Shown here piece by piece: positions 53,861 to 62,872 of a stretch of DNA of 64,000 bases; position 1 is the stretch's first letter, and every line of letters begins with the position of its first letter. The notes beneath the pieces were generated by a model. That model was not told where the DNA came from, ran no database searches, and saw nothing but the letters and a program-made list of their open reading frames with translations. The DNA is taken from positions 32,001 through 96,000 of the IMG/VR virus record IMGVR_UViG_3300045049_000234. One strand, written 5' to 3'. The DNA is from a virus. Position numbers and translations under genes: made by a program.

Positions 53861-54056
53861 CCTGGGCGACGTGTTCCACAAGGTCGCCGACGAGATCAAG
53901 TCGCTGGCGGACAAGATGGAGACGGCGATCAAGGCCGACGCCAAGCCGATGGAGCGCGGCGCCGAACACGTCGCCGAACAGGTCGCCGAACAGGTCGCCG
54001 ACGCCGCGCTCAAGAGCGCCGAATCCGCCGTCGAATCGAAGGTCGAGAAGGGCTGA
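53841..54056 (+). CDS. Small helical protein
   Basis: VAEQ repeats. Confidence 0.55.
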   Translation: MSNLLHDLGDVFHKVADEIKSLADKMETAIKADAKPMERGAEHVAEQVAEQVADAALKSAESAVESKVEKG

Positions 54057-54214
54057 TGTTCGCCATAGCATCGTTCGCGCTGGCGCTGCTGGGCTACGTC
54101 CTGGACGGCGTGCACGCGCAGACTAACGCGTGGTTCTCCCCGTTGGCACTTGGCCTGCTGTCCCTGGCCGCGCTGGCGCTGCATGTGATCTCACCTCTGT
54201 GGCCGCGCCGATGA
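54056..54214 (+). CDS. Small two-TM membrane protein
   Basis: TGATG coupling; MFAIASFALALLGY...LALGLLSLAALALH. Confidence 0.55.
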   Translation: MFAIASFALALLGYVLDGVHAQTNAWFSPLALGLLSLAALALHVISPLWPRR

Positions 54215-54717
54215 CCACCGGCCGCTATCCCAGTGCCGGGCTGTACGGCTGTGTGCGCACGCCGGGATTCGGCTCCTGGTTGATCCGCGTGGGTACCCGT
54301 TCGTGGGCCAATCACGTGTTCATCACGCTGGACGACCGGGGCACCATCGCCGAGGCGGAGCCGGGCGGCCTGCGCAAGGCGCACCTGGACGAGTACGAGG
54401 GCTACCGGTGCTCGCTGAACCTGCACGAGATGTACACCCCGGATCAGCGCCAGAAGGTCGTGGACGGCACCACGGCGCTGATCGGCGTGCCGTATGACGA
54501 TCTGGCGATCGTCAACGACGGCTTGGAAGTGCTGCGCGTGCACTGGCGGTGGCTGATCAAGGCCGCCAACAGCGACCACGAGCTGATGTGCTCGCAGGCG
54601 GTTGCGGTGGTCGGCGCGCAGGCGGGGTTCGACTGGCTGTGCGGCCGGTCCGCCGCCGTGGAGGTCACGCCCGCCGATCTGGCCAAGCGCGATGTGATGG
54701 TGCCGTGGCAGTGGTGA
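54211..54717 (+). CDS. Permuted papain-like NlpC/P60 (YiiX/YaeF-like) enzyme
   Basis: S.ANHVFI...EAEPGG...LIGVPYD...MCSQAVA (His before Cys). Confidence 0.75.
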   Translation: MTTGRYPSAGLYGCVRTPGFGSWLIRVGTRSWANHVFITLDDRGTIAEAEPGGLRKAHLDEYEGYRCSLNLHEMYTPDQRQKVVDGTTALIGVPYDDLAIVNDGLEVLRVHWRWLIKAANSDHELMCSQAVAVVGAQAGFDWLCGRSAAVEVTPADLAKRDVMVPWQW

Positions 54718-54922
54718 GCACGGACTGCTGCTGCCCGATGTTCCAGGCGGAGGGATCGGGTCGGCACGTGACGTTCATGGCGTGCTGCCCGACGCACGCC
54801 CCGGACGCGCCGCCTGCCGTGCGCCCGCGCCCCGGTGGTGTTCCGGTGCGTCCCCGGTCCGGATAGGCCGCCCACGGGCCGCGCAAGCCGTGTGGCGCGG
54901 CACTGGTTCGCTAAGGTAGCGT

Positions 54923-55237
54923 ATGCGCATGGAACCCCCCGCCTGGCCGAATCGCTACGTGTCCGACTGCGATCACACGCGCTTCGACGGGAACCTGTGC
55001 CGGGACGCCGACTGCGTGTGGCCGTGCGACCTGTGCGACGCCGACGGCTACGAGAACGACCACGTCCACTGCGACGGGTGCGCCGCCACCCGGTGCCACG
55101 GATTCTGGTGGCGGCTGAAGAAACCGATGCCGCCGAAAGACCCGAACGACACGCGCAGCGGCCTGGGCAAGGTGCGTGACGCCGTCCGCGCGTCACGCGG
55201 CGGGGACGCCCCGGTGCAGATCCGGGGCTACGCGTGA
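54923..55237 (+). CDS. Cys-rich hypothetical protein
   Basis: Multiple C/H clusters. Confidence 0.5.
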   Translation: MRMEPPAWPNRYVSDCDHTRFDGNLCRDADCVWPCDLCDADGYENDHVHCDGCAATRCHGFWWRLKKPMPPKDPNDTRSGLGKVRDAVRASRGGDAPVQIRGYA

Positions 55238-55536
55238 TGTACGACGTCTACGCGAGTATGGCCGCGACGCTGCGCCGCCGGTGGCGCCCCCCGTACTGGC
55301 TGGTACGCGACCGCGAGAAGACCGCGCGGTGGCAGGAAACCGGCCGTGACGCGTGGACGGCGGACGTGGCGCGCAAGCTGGCCTACGCGGTGGCCGACGT
55401 GCGTCGCGGGTCGTGCTGCCCGTCGTGGGGCGACCCGCGCGTGGACGGCGACGCGCGGTTCCTGACCTCGCCGGGCCACCCGCGCGACCCGGTCCACCAG
55501 CCGAGTTGGAAACGGCCCATGGAAGGGCTCGAATGA
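55237..55536 (+). CDS. Hypothetical protein
   Basis: Coupled ORF. Confidence 0.5.
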   Translation: MYDVYASMAATLRRRWRPPYWLVRDREKTARWQETGRDAWTADVARKLAYAVADVRRGSCCPSWGDPRVDGDARFLTSPGHPRDPVHQPSWKRPMEGLE

Positions 55537-55892
55537 TGCAGTACATTGCGATGCTGTGGACGGAGAAGAAGGGCAAGCTCCTTCAGACCTTCGGTCCCTA
55601 CCCCACCGAGAAGGCCGCATGGGACGCCACCGAGCGGCTGAACGACTGGCCCGCGATCCGCGATGGGCAATGGGACGTGGTCGCGCTCTACTCAAACCCT
55701 AAGCAGCCGGTCCAGCAGACGTCTGCGACGCAGGTCTGGACCGGAGGATCGATCACATTGTCGGGCGCGATCGTCAGCCAGCCTGTCGGGCAGTGGACGC
55801 TGCGATCCGATCAGTACATGCCGTACGCGTCGGTATCGGTCGCGGTGCCGGTGGCCAACGCGGCGATCACCGTCAACCGGCCGATGTACTGA
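55533..55892 (+). CDS. Hypothetical protein
   Basis: ATGA coupling. Confidence 0.55.
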   Translation: MMQYIAMLWTEKKGKLLQTFGPYPTEKAAWDATERLNDWPAIRDGQWDVVALYSNPKQPVQQTSATQVWTGGSITLSGAIVSQPVGQWTLRSDQYMPYASVSVAVPVANAAITVNRPMY

Positions 55893-55893
55893 C

Positions 55894-56088
55894 ATGGCCA
55901 CGCGCGTCGTCAGGGACGCCACGCACACGCCGTGGGGTGCACTGATATGGAACCACGCACCGTGCAACCGCTTCGGCTGGGCCGGACGGTGCGTGCACTG
56001 CGGCGGCAACGCGATGCTGCGCCACCCGCTGACGAACCAGCCCTGTCACAAAAGCTGTCAAGATCGGATCGACCGTGCTGCTGGATGA
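55894..56088 (+). CDS. Small zinc-finger protein
   Basis: CVHC...CHKSC. Confidence 0.55.
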   Translation: MATRVVRDATHTPWGALIWNHAPCNRFGWAGRCVHCGGNAMLRHPLTNQPCHKSCQDRIDRAAG

Positions 56089-56153
56089 CAGGTTCTGCCG
56101 ATGTGGCGCGCTAGCCGCGCGCCGCCGCCGCGCCACAGACAAGGCGAACGGAC

Positions 56154-56597
56154 ATGGCAACTGACACGTGGGACCTGACCCCCATCGGCCGGTTCATCCT
56201 CGATCGGCTGGACGAGGAGAACGCCGCCGCCACCGCCGCCACGCCCGACGGCGAGACGTGCGCCGCGTGGCCGCCCCCGGCGCTGAGGCGCTACGAGATC
56301 GCCGACGTGCCGTTCGACGACTGGCAGCGCGCCCGCGTGCCGTTCATCAAGTACTGGTCGCCGCTGCGGGTCATGGCGGAGCTGAACGTCATCCGGACGT
56401 TGGTGATCGCGCACGAGGGCGAGCACTACTGCCCCACGCCCGACCACGATCAGCCGTACTTCAACTACCTGCAAGGGTGGGAAGAAGAACGCGAGCACCC
56501 GCAGATATGCCCGGTGCACCGCCTGGTCGCCGCACTGTGGAGCGATCACCCGGACTACCACGCGAAGGAATGGGAGCCGGTGTATGACCTCGACTGA
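56154..56597 (+). CDS. DUF6221-like protein
   Basis: FILDRLDE...P.RVMAE...C...RLVA..WSDHPDY. Confidence 0.6.
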   Translation: MATDTWDLTPIGRFILDRLDEENAAATAATPDGETCAAWPPPALRRYEIADVPFDDWQRARVPFIKYWSPLRVMAELNVIRTLVIAHEGEHYCPTPDHDQPYFNYLQGWEEEREHPQICPVHRLVAALWSDHPDYHAKEWEPVYDLD

Positions 56598-56856
56598 CGA
56601 TGGCGTGGACGGCGAGTGGTACGAGGTTGACCGCTCCGCCCCGTGGTACGACGAAGACCGCTGCCATCAGGCCGACCACCACGAGCGCCTGCACACGCAG
56701 GGCGCCGCCCACGCCAAGGCCATCGACCTGCTGCGCGAGATCTACGACGAGCCCGACGTGCGGCTGGGCTACCACCTGCACAACAAGGTGCAGACGTTCC
56801 TGCGCGGCATCGACTGGCACGACGCGATGAAGGACTTCACGGAAGGCGCCGAATGA
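56584..56856 (+). CDS. Hypothetical protein
   Basis: Coupled ORF. Confidence 0.55.
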   Translation: MTSTDDGVDGEWYEVDRSAPWYDEDRCHQADHHERLHTQGAAHAKAIDLLREIYDEPDVRLGYHLHNKVQTFLRGIDWHDAMKDFTEGAE

Positions 56857-57095
56857 ACGTGGCCGACATCCCGGTGGCGCTGGAGGCCGTGCGCATCAGC
56901 CCCCGACCGGGCGACGTGATCCTGGTCAAACCGCAGCGGGACTTCCTGACCACGTATCAGGCGCGTGCGATTCAGGAGACGTTGGAAGCGTACCTGCCGG
57001 ACCACCGCGTGTGCCTGATCCCGTTCAGCGCCGACCTCGCGGTACTGAGCGCCGAAGACCTCAAATACCTGATGGAAGAGGACGACACGCAGTGA
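56853..57095 (+). CDS. Hypothetical protein
   Basis: ATGA coupling. Confidence 0.55.
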   Translation: MNVADIPVALEAVRISPRPGDVILVKPQRDFLTTYQARAIQETLEAYLPDHRVCLIPFSADLAVLSAEDLKYLMEEDDTQ

Positions 57096-57655
57096 CCGCC
57101 ATCGCGGCCATCGCCAGCCAGTCCTCCGGCCGCGTCTACATGGCCGGAGACAGCGCGATCACCTCCGGGTGGAACATCAGCTCCCGCTACGGCGGCAAGG
57201 TGTTCCGCACCGGCCCGTACGTCATGGGCGTGTCCGGCGGGCTGCGCGGCGCGCAAATCGTCCAGTACCACCTGGACGTCCCGGAACCGGCGCACCCGGA
57301 CGGCCTGGGCGCGTTCATGGCCACCGTGTTCGTGGACCGGCTGCGCAAGGCGTACAAGGACGCCGGGTACGCGAAGAAGGAATCAGACCGCGAGACCAGC
57401 GAGGACAACATCCTGGTGGGCGTGCGCGGGCGGATCTTCACGATCTGGGGCCAGTACGCCGCCGAGGAGACCACGCTGCCGTACGCGACGATCGGCAGCG
57501 GCGGCGAATACGCGCTCGGCTCGCTGCACACCACCCACGACCTGCCGATGCGTCCGCGTGTCCGCCTGGAGCTGGCATTGCTGGCCGCTGAGCAGTTCAA
57601 CGCCGCCGTGCGCGGCCCGTTCACGTTCGCATCGACACCACGGGACGATGACTGA
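57092..57655 (+). CDS. Ntn-hydrolase (HslV/proteasome-like) peptidase
   Basis: N-terminal Thr after Met; MAGDS, KVF, YATIGSGGEYALGSL. Confidence 0.78.
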   Translation: MTAIAAIASQSSGRVYMAGDSAITSGWNISSRYGGKVFRTGPYVMGVSGGLRGAQIVQYHLDVPEPAHPDGLGAFMATVFVDRLRKAYKDAGYAKKESDRETSEDNILVGVRGRIFTIWGQYAAEETTLPYATIGSGGEYALGSLHTTHDLPMRPRVRLELALLAAEQFNAAVRGPFTFASTPRDDD

Positions 57656-57921
57656 TGCCAGCCGTAGGGTTCGTCACCGACCGGCCCGGCGGCGGCAGCC
57701 GCGAGATCCTGCTGTCCCGTCACGCGCACATCGACTTGGCGCGCGAGCTGGCTGTACGCGGCAAGGACGGCGTGGCCAAGCTGACGATCCGGTGGGGCAT
57801 CAAGCCCCCTGAGATGTTCAGCTTCGAGATCCACGCTGACGGCAGCGTGCACTGCTCGGACGGGTACGAGGCGATCGTCCAGGACGGCAAGATCACCGGC
57901 TTCCGCAAGACCCTGCCATGA
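57655..57921 (+). CDS. Hypothetical protein
   Basis: TGATG coupling. Confidence 0.55.
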   Translation: MPAVGFVTDRPGGGSREILLSRHAHIDLARELAVRGKDGVAKLTIRWGIKPPEMFSFEIHADGSVHCSDGYEAIVQDGKITGFRKTLP

Positions 57922-58268
57922 GGATCAAGGGCATCGCGTACCTGCCGGAGCCGGAGGAGTACCCGCAGACGTGGGAGGTCCCGGACGGACCCGTGCCGCT
58001 GCGCGTCGAGTTCAACCCGGTCCGCATCCCCATCGGCACGGCCCGGCTGACCAAGCATCCGGACGGCACCATCACCTGCACCGCGCAGATCGCCGAAGGC
58101 GAGGAGCAGTTCCTCGGCTCGTTCCCGAAGCTCGCGGTCAGCCTGGCGTTGCGGCCCGGCGCGGTCGAGGACCGGCTGACGGAGCACGCGCGGGTCCTCG
58201 GGGTCAGCGTGTGCCACGAGAACCAAAACCGGGACATCCCGCCGTACAAGATCCTGGAGGACGAGTGA
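57918..58268 (+). CDS. Hypothetical protein
   Basis: ATGA coupling. Confidence 0.55.
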   Translation: MRIKGIAYLPEPEEYPQTWEVPDGPVPLRVEFNPVRIPIGTARLTKHPDGTITCTAQIAEGEEQFLGSFPKLAVSLALRPGAVEDRLTEHARVLGVSVCHENQNRDIPPYKILEDE

Positions 58269-58441
58269 ACACGTACAGCGTGATCTGGTACCCGCCGACC
58301 GCGACCGCCGGGACGCAGGCTACGGTGCAGGCCGCGCAGTTCATTGTGAACGAGGACTACGTCCTGTTCGTGGACAGCGCCGGGGATCCGCTGCTCGCCA
58401 TCCCGCGCAGCCTGAGCCCCGTGGTGACGAAGACCGCCTGA
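58265..58441 (+). CDS. Hypothetical protein
   Basis: GTGA coupling with GGAGG. Confidence 0.5.
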   Translation: MNTYSVIWYPPTATAGTQATVQAAQFIVNEDYVLFVDSAGDPLLAIPRSLSPVVTKTA

Positions 58442-58740
58442 TGCCGTACACGCACCGGATCAACCCGGAGCCGTATCCGGCCGGGACCGTCCTGACGTCC
58501 GGCGACCTAGAGCCGTGCGGCGGGACGATGGTGCGGGACGCCGCCGGTACCGAGTGGATCCGGGACAGCCTGTACGAGGGACCGGCGAATTGGTATCCGC
58601 TCATCCCAGCAGAGCCGGGGTGGTACCGGGATGCGGACGTGGAGACATGGACGCACGTGGCGGGTAATCACGGGCCGGTGACCGTCACCGAGGCCCCTAG
58701 CGATGACGATGTAGAGACGGCGCGCAGATGGCTGACATGA
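58441..58740 (+). CDS. Hypothetical protein
   Basis: TGATG coupling. Confidence 0.55.
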   Translation: MPYTHRINPEPYPAGTVLTSGDLEPCGGTMVRDAAGTEWIRDSLYEGPANWYPLIPAEPGWYRDADVETWTHVAGNHGPVTVTEAPSDDDVETARRWLT

Positions 58741-59069
58741 GCGAGAAGCAGATCACGTACCACGCCGCCGCGCAGTTCGACCAGATCGAGCCCGCACCGT
58801 TCGACGAGATCACCGCGCTGGTCGTCCCGACCCGCGCGGACCGGTTCACCCCGCACGTCGGGCGCGATGTACTGGTGAGTGTGCACGACCTGACGGACCC
58901 GCGCAGCGGGCTGATCCCGGTGGCCGCACAGGTGACCGGCGTCGCGGCGGCGGCGGGCATGGGCGACGGGTACGGCACGATGGTCACGTTCACGCACCCG
59001 ATCATCGTGCCCCGCTCGCCCCGCCTGATGTACACGATCTGCGACGAGTACGGGTCGCTCATCCAGTGA
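58737..59069 (+). CDS. Hypothetical protein
   Basis: ATGA coupling. Confidence 0.55.
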   Translation: MSEKQITYHAAAQFDQIEPAPFDEITALVVPTRADRFTPHVGRDVLVSVHDLTDPRSGLIPVAAQVTGVAAAAGMGDGYGTMVTFTHPIIVPRSPRLMYTICDEYGSLIQ

Positions 59070-59365
59070 ACGCGCACGAGCGGCTGTACGTGATCGCGGG
59101 AACGTACCGGGAGTACTTGGACTGGTGCGCCGATCTGCCGATCGGCCGCAACGATCCGCGCGTGCGGTGCGTGCTCGATTCCTGGGCGTTGCAAGGCGCG
59201 CCGCGCGGTCTGTGGTACATCAAGATCGGAACATGGGAACGCTGGTCCAGCCGGGCGCACATCGATGAGATGCTGTACTGCTGCGAAGCCCGCGACGCGG
59301 ACGCGGCCATGGGTCGGATGGGCTCGGAGCGGAGATCGGCTGTAAACCGGTTGCCATCGGCATAG
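59066..59365 (+). CDS. Hypothetical protein
   Basis: GTGA coupling; 3' end runs into the tRNA-like element. Confidence 0.5.
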   Translation: MNAHERLYVIAGTYREYLDWCADLPIGRNDPRVRCVLDSWALQGAPRGLWYIKIGTWERWSSRAHIDEMLYCCEARDADAAMGRMGSERRSAVNRLPSA

Positions 59366-59389
59366 CAGGTTCGACACCTGCCCGACCCA
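59311..59389 (+). tRNA. tRNA-Tyr(GUA)-like gene with degenerate D arm
   Basis: Acceptor GGGTCGG/CCGACCC plus A73; ATCGG-CTGTAAA-CCGGT; variable arm TGCC-ATC-GGCA; GCAGG-TTCGACA-CCTGC; no encoded CCA. Confidence 0.65.
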
Positions 59390-59402
59390 CGCGGAGGAAC
59401 CA

Positions 59403-59627
59403 GTGAGCACCGTAGATCGGATACGTCGGTATCTGGAGAACACCCGCCACTACGGCGGCAACGGCGACGAACCGCTGATCGACGCGCTGTCCGACGTCGT
59501 GGGATTGTGGTCCCCGCCGGATGAGGACGCGGGCGATGACCTGATGGCGTGGGATGAGGGCTATCAGGAGGCGATGGACGAGGTTGTGGACGTCATCGCC
59601 AACGCACTCGGGATCGCCCGTGAATGA
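59403..59627 (+). CDS. Hypothetical acidic protein
   Basis: GGAGGAACC RBS. Confidence 0.6.
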   Translation: MSTVDRIRRYLENTRHYGGNGDEPLIDALSDVVGLWSPPDEDAGDDLMAWDEGYQEAMDEVVDVIANALGIARE

Positions 59628-59925
59628 CGTCACCACGGCCATAGGCGAGCGTTTGGCGGCGTTGGACGGGATAGACGTCACCGCCGAGCCGGAACGCTCC
59701 TTGCGGGCGATCCTGGCCCTACGCGAGGCCGCCCGCGCCGTGGTGGACCTGCACTGCCCGCGCGAGCCGACGCAGATCGAGGCGGCCGGACTGCCCTCGT
59801 ACGAACGTGGAAAGATGGTGTGTACCGTGTGTATGCCCAGTGGTGGAGCGCTGGGTCCACGCGAGGTCTACCCATGCAGAACGGTGCGCGCCATCATGGG
59901 AATGATCGGGGTGAAAGAACCGTGA
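59620..59925 (+). CDS. Hypothetical protein
   Basis: LH.P...CTVC...YPCRT motif. Confidence 0.55.
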   Translation: MNDVTTAIGERLAALDGIDVTAEPERSLRAILALREAARAVVDLHCPREPTQIEAAGLPSYERGKMVCTVCMPSGGALGPREVYPCRTVRAIMGMIGVKEP

Positions 59926-59972
59926 TCCGTCCGCGCAGCATGAGCGTGTTCCGCCGCATCAAGGAGGACCCC

Positions 59973-60287
59973 ATGGGATTGACCACCAACCCGGACGATC
60001 CGCGCCTGACCCACGGCACCGACGAACACCCGGTGCCGCAGGCGGAGGCATACCTGGTCATGTCGCGGGCCGAACGCGCGAAGGGTTTCGTGCGGCCGGT
60101 CCGGCAAAGCTACGTCCACATGGTGTGCGGCGGCATCACCACCATGGGCAGTGCACTGGCCGAGACGTACGCCCGCGACCCCTCGTTCTACGGCGCCACG
60201 TACTGCGCGAAGTGCCAGATGCACCGGCCGGTGGGCGCGGACGGCGAATTCGTGTGGCAGGGCACGGACCAGCGAGTCGGCACGTGA
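59973..60287 (+). CDS. Hypothetical phage protein (zinc-binding)
   Basis: AAGGAGG RBS; ERAKGFVRPVR.SY.H..CG...ETYARDP.FYGATYC..C. Confidence 0.7.
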   Translation: MGLTTNPDDPRLTHGTDEHPVPQAEAYLVMSRAERAKGFVRPVRQSYVHMVCGGITTMGSALAETYARDPSFYGATYCAKCQMHRPVGADGEFVWQGTDQRVGT

Positions 60288-60625
60288 CCACGATCGACTA
60301 TCCGGGGTTCCTGAACCTGCTGCCGGGTGACGGCCGCCCGTGCTCGATCCACCCGGGGCACTACATCACCGGCGACGGCTGCGACCGGTGCGCGGAGATC
60401 AACTTGGTGCGCAGACTGCGCCGGGAGATCCAATCGCTCATCGAACTCGCGAGCTGCTATGAGGACATGGTCTGCGTGTGCCGGGAGTCGTGCGGCGACC
60501 ACTTGGACGCGTCCGCGATGATCCACATCCAGAACCTCATCAGCGACCTGCGGTTGCGATGGGACTGCGACAACACGGACCCGGACGAGCCAGAAGGCGG
60601 GTTCGTCCAGGACGCGCCGCTGTGA
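60284..60625 (+). CDS. Hypothetical protein
   Basis: GTGA coupling. Confidence 0.5.
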   Translation: MTTIDYPGFLNLLPGDGRPCSIHPGHYITGDGCDRCAEINLVRRLRREIQSLIELASCYEDMVCVCRESCGDHLDASAMIHIQNLISDLRLRWDCDNTDPDEPEGGFVQDAPL

Positions 60626-60834
60626 CACCCGTCGCGGGCGCGCGGATCCGGTTGACCCCGGCCGAACGCGAAGCGCTGGCACGGTGGATCGTGCGCGCGG
60701 TGGTGTGGTTGTCCGAGCGGATGGGCGTCCCGCCGTGGGGCGCGGTGCTGATCGTCACGGGGCTGATAGTGGCCGCCGGTGTGGTGTACGCGTTTTGGGA
60801 CGACATCATGGATTGGATCGGCCAATGGGTGTGA
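60622..60834 (+). CDS. Membrane protein
   Basis: TM helix. Confidence 0.5.
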   Translation: MTPVAGARIRLTPAEREALARWIVRAVVWLSERMGVPPWGAVLIVTGLIVAAGVVYAFWDDIMDWIGQWV

Positions 60835-61004
60835 TCATCGTCCCCGTGGTCCCGGCGTGCACCCGGTACCACACGTGCAAGCCGGTGACCGAGCATGACC
60901 TGATCGTCGCGGTTCTCACGGCGGTCGGCGGGTTGGCGGCACTCGCTGTTCTCGCGGCCGGGGTGATGTGGGCGTTCGGCCGGGATTGGAGGCGCCGCCG
61001 GTGA
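60825..61004 (+). CDS. Membrane protein
   Basis: TM helix. Confidence 0.5.
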   Translation: MGVIIVPVVPACTRYHTCKPVTEHDLIVAVLTAVGGLAALAVLAAGVMWAFGRDWRRRR

Positions 61005-61246
61005 CGTATGAACTCGACACGCGGGCCGTGTTCGTCGGCGGACCGATCGACGGGCAGGTGCAGATCCTGCAAGGCAGGCCGTACGCATGGTTCGTCGCGC
61101 AGGCGCCCGGCATCCCCTCCGCGCTGACGGCCGACGTCGGGTGGCCGAACATCGTCAATCACATGTACCGGATCAAGGTCGTGGACGGACATCCGTCCAT
61201 CACCGACGACGGCCTGACCAGGTACGAGTACGTGGGGGACCGCTGA
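61001..61246 (+). CDS. Hypothetical protein
   Basis: FVGGPIDG motif. Confidence 0.6.
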   Translation: MTYELDTRAVFVGGPIDGQVQILQGRPYAWFVAQAPGIPSALTADVGWPNIVNHMYRIKVVDGHPSITDDGLTRYEYVGDR

Positions 61247-61674
61247 TGAAAGCGCTGTTCCACAGCACAGGCGGCTGCGGGTCGATCCGGTCCCCGCGCG
61301 CCGACGGGACATGGACGTTCTGCGACTGCGGCCAGGCCGCTATGCGCTGGACCGATCCGGCACGGGGACTAGCCGAAGTGTGGGCGGCCGACCCCGGCAG
61401 TGCCCGCGTGATCGGCATGAACAACGCGATGCTGCTGGCCGACCCCCCGAACGGCAGCCGTGCGGAGCAGGGCAAATCATGGCGCGACATGCACGAGCTG
61501 AGCATCCGCGCCGTCAGCCCGCACTACCTGTTCCACGCGGACGACCGCGCGTGCTGGGCCGTGGTCATCCGCCCCGGCGAGACCGGCGACATCAAGCGCG
61601 TGGTCGAAAAGCCCTTCGATCCATCGCGTGCCATGATCGACGAGACGGAACTGTTCACGGGAGGCGACGCATGA
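61246..61674 (+). CDS. Hypothetical protein
   Basis: TGATG coupling; CDCG. Confidence 0.55.
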   Translation: MKALFHSTGGCGSIRSPRADGTWTFCDCGQAAMRWTDPARGLAEVWAADPGSARVIGMNNAMLLADPPNGSRAEQGKSWRDMHELSIRAVSPHYLFHADDRACWAVVIRPGETGDIKRVVEKPFDPSRAMIDETELFTGGDA

Positions 61675-61931
61675 GGTTCCACCGCAGGCCCGACGCCGTG
61701 GACGCGATCCACTACATCGGCGTCAACGAGGAGCAGGTCATGGAGTTCGTCGGGCGCGGCAAGCTGGCGCACTACGGCAACGGCACCCAACTGATGATCC
61801 CGATCGGCGGCAACACCGGCGTGATGATCGTGTCCGTGGGGGATTGGGTGATCAAGCACCCCGACGGCACCGTGAGCACTGCCAGCGATGCCACGTTCAC
61901 CGCCACCTACGAACCCAGTGAGGCATACTGA
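61671..61931 (+). CDS. Small phage protein (RKKPV..EA...GDW.I...F..TYE family)
   Basis: FHRRPDAVDAIHY...VGDWVIKHPDG...DATFTATYE. Confidence 0.7.
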   Translation: MRFHRRPDAVDAIHYIGVNEEQVMEFVGRGKLAHYGNGTQLMIPIGGNTGVMIVSVGDWVIKHPDGTVSTASDATFTATYEPSEAY

Positions 61932-62149
61932 TGGACTTCTCCGCAGCGCTGCACGCGCTGAAGAACGGATCACGCGTCCACCGTGCGGGATGGAACGGCG
62001 CCGGGCAGTGGATCGCGATGCAGACGCCTGACGAGAACTCGAAGATGAGCCTGCCGTACCTGTACATCAGCACGGTGGGTGGCGCACTGGTTCCGTGGCT
62101 GGCGTCACAGACCGATCTGCTTTCCGAAGACTGGGAGATCGCCGAATGA
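61931..62149 (+). CDS. DUF2829 / Tad2-like anti-defence sponge protein
   Basis: MDFSAAL.ALK.G.RV.RAGWNG.GQ.I...LPYLYI...VPWLASQTDLL.EDW. Confidence 0.8.
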   Translation: MDFSAALHALKNGSRVHRAGWNGAGQWIAMQTPDENSKMSLPYLYISTVGGALVPWLASQTDLLSEDWEIAE

Positions 62150-62406
62150 TCCACCGCGAACCGCACACACTGTCCGGCAAGACCGTGACCGCGAACTGGC
62201 GCGGCGAGACCGAGGAATACGACGTCGAAGACTACTGGGACCGTGTCGCCGGTGCCTCGTGGATGGACATCGCGGGCAACCCGGCGGTGATCCACTACGA
62301 GGTGCGCCACCGTACCAAGCCGTTGCCCGACGGCGACGACGTCCTGTACGGCAAGGACCGCTACGGCCTGGGCCACCTGGTGCACATCAGCGAACTGGCC
62401 GCGTGA
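62146..62406 (+). CDS. Hypothetical protein
   Basis: VEDYWDRV.G.SWM...GNPA...Y...D.VLYGK...LGHLVHISEL. Confidence 0.65.
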   Translation: MIHREPHTLSGKTVTANWRGETEEYDVEDYWDRVAGASWMDIAGNPAVIHYEVRHRTKPLPDGDDVLYGKDRYGLGHLVHISELAA

Positions 62407-62828
62407 GCGACGGCCCGCACTGCCGCCTGTGCGGCGACCCGCTCCACCTGGTCGCGATGGCCGACATGGACGAGTACGTGTGGGTGGACGATCACGGCGA
62501 CACGACCGGCATCGACCGGGACCTGCGCGTGTACGGCGAGGGAACAGGCGACGCGTACACGCGGATCGGACGGCTGTTCCGCACGGTGCGCGAGCACCAG
62601 CAGTCGCGCAAAGGCACACTGACACCCGCCGAGTACAAGCGATTGATGGGGGAGTACATCGGATTGAACGTCCGGCTGGGCAACGGCACATGGCACACCC
62701 ACGTGGCCACCGGCACCCCGGTCAACACGGCCCCGGTCCCGCACCACTGCGAGCGCCCGATGTGGCACCGCCCGTCCGGCTGGCACTGCCGCGCGGGATG
62801 CGGCCACGTACAGCACAGCGGCCAGTAG
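62403..62828 (+). CDS. Hypothetical protein
   Basis: GTGA coupling; C/H clusters. Confidence 0.55.
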   Translation: MSDGPHCRLCGDPLHLVAMADMDEYVWVDDHGDTTGIDRDLRVYGEGTGDAYTRIGRLFRTVREHQQSRKGTLTPAEYKRLMGEYIGLNVRLGNGTWHTHVATGTPVNTAPVPHHCERPMWHRPSGWHCRAGCGHVQHSGQ

Positions 62829-62872
62829 ACTGACTACCACTACGCACCATCCACCACACACCGAGGACCACC

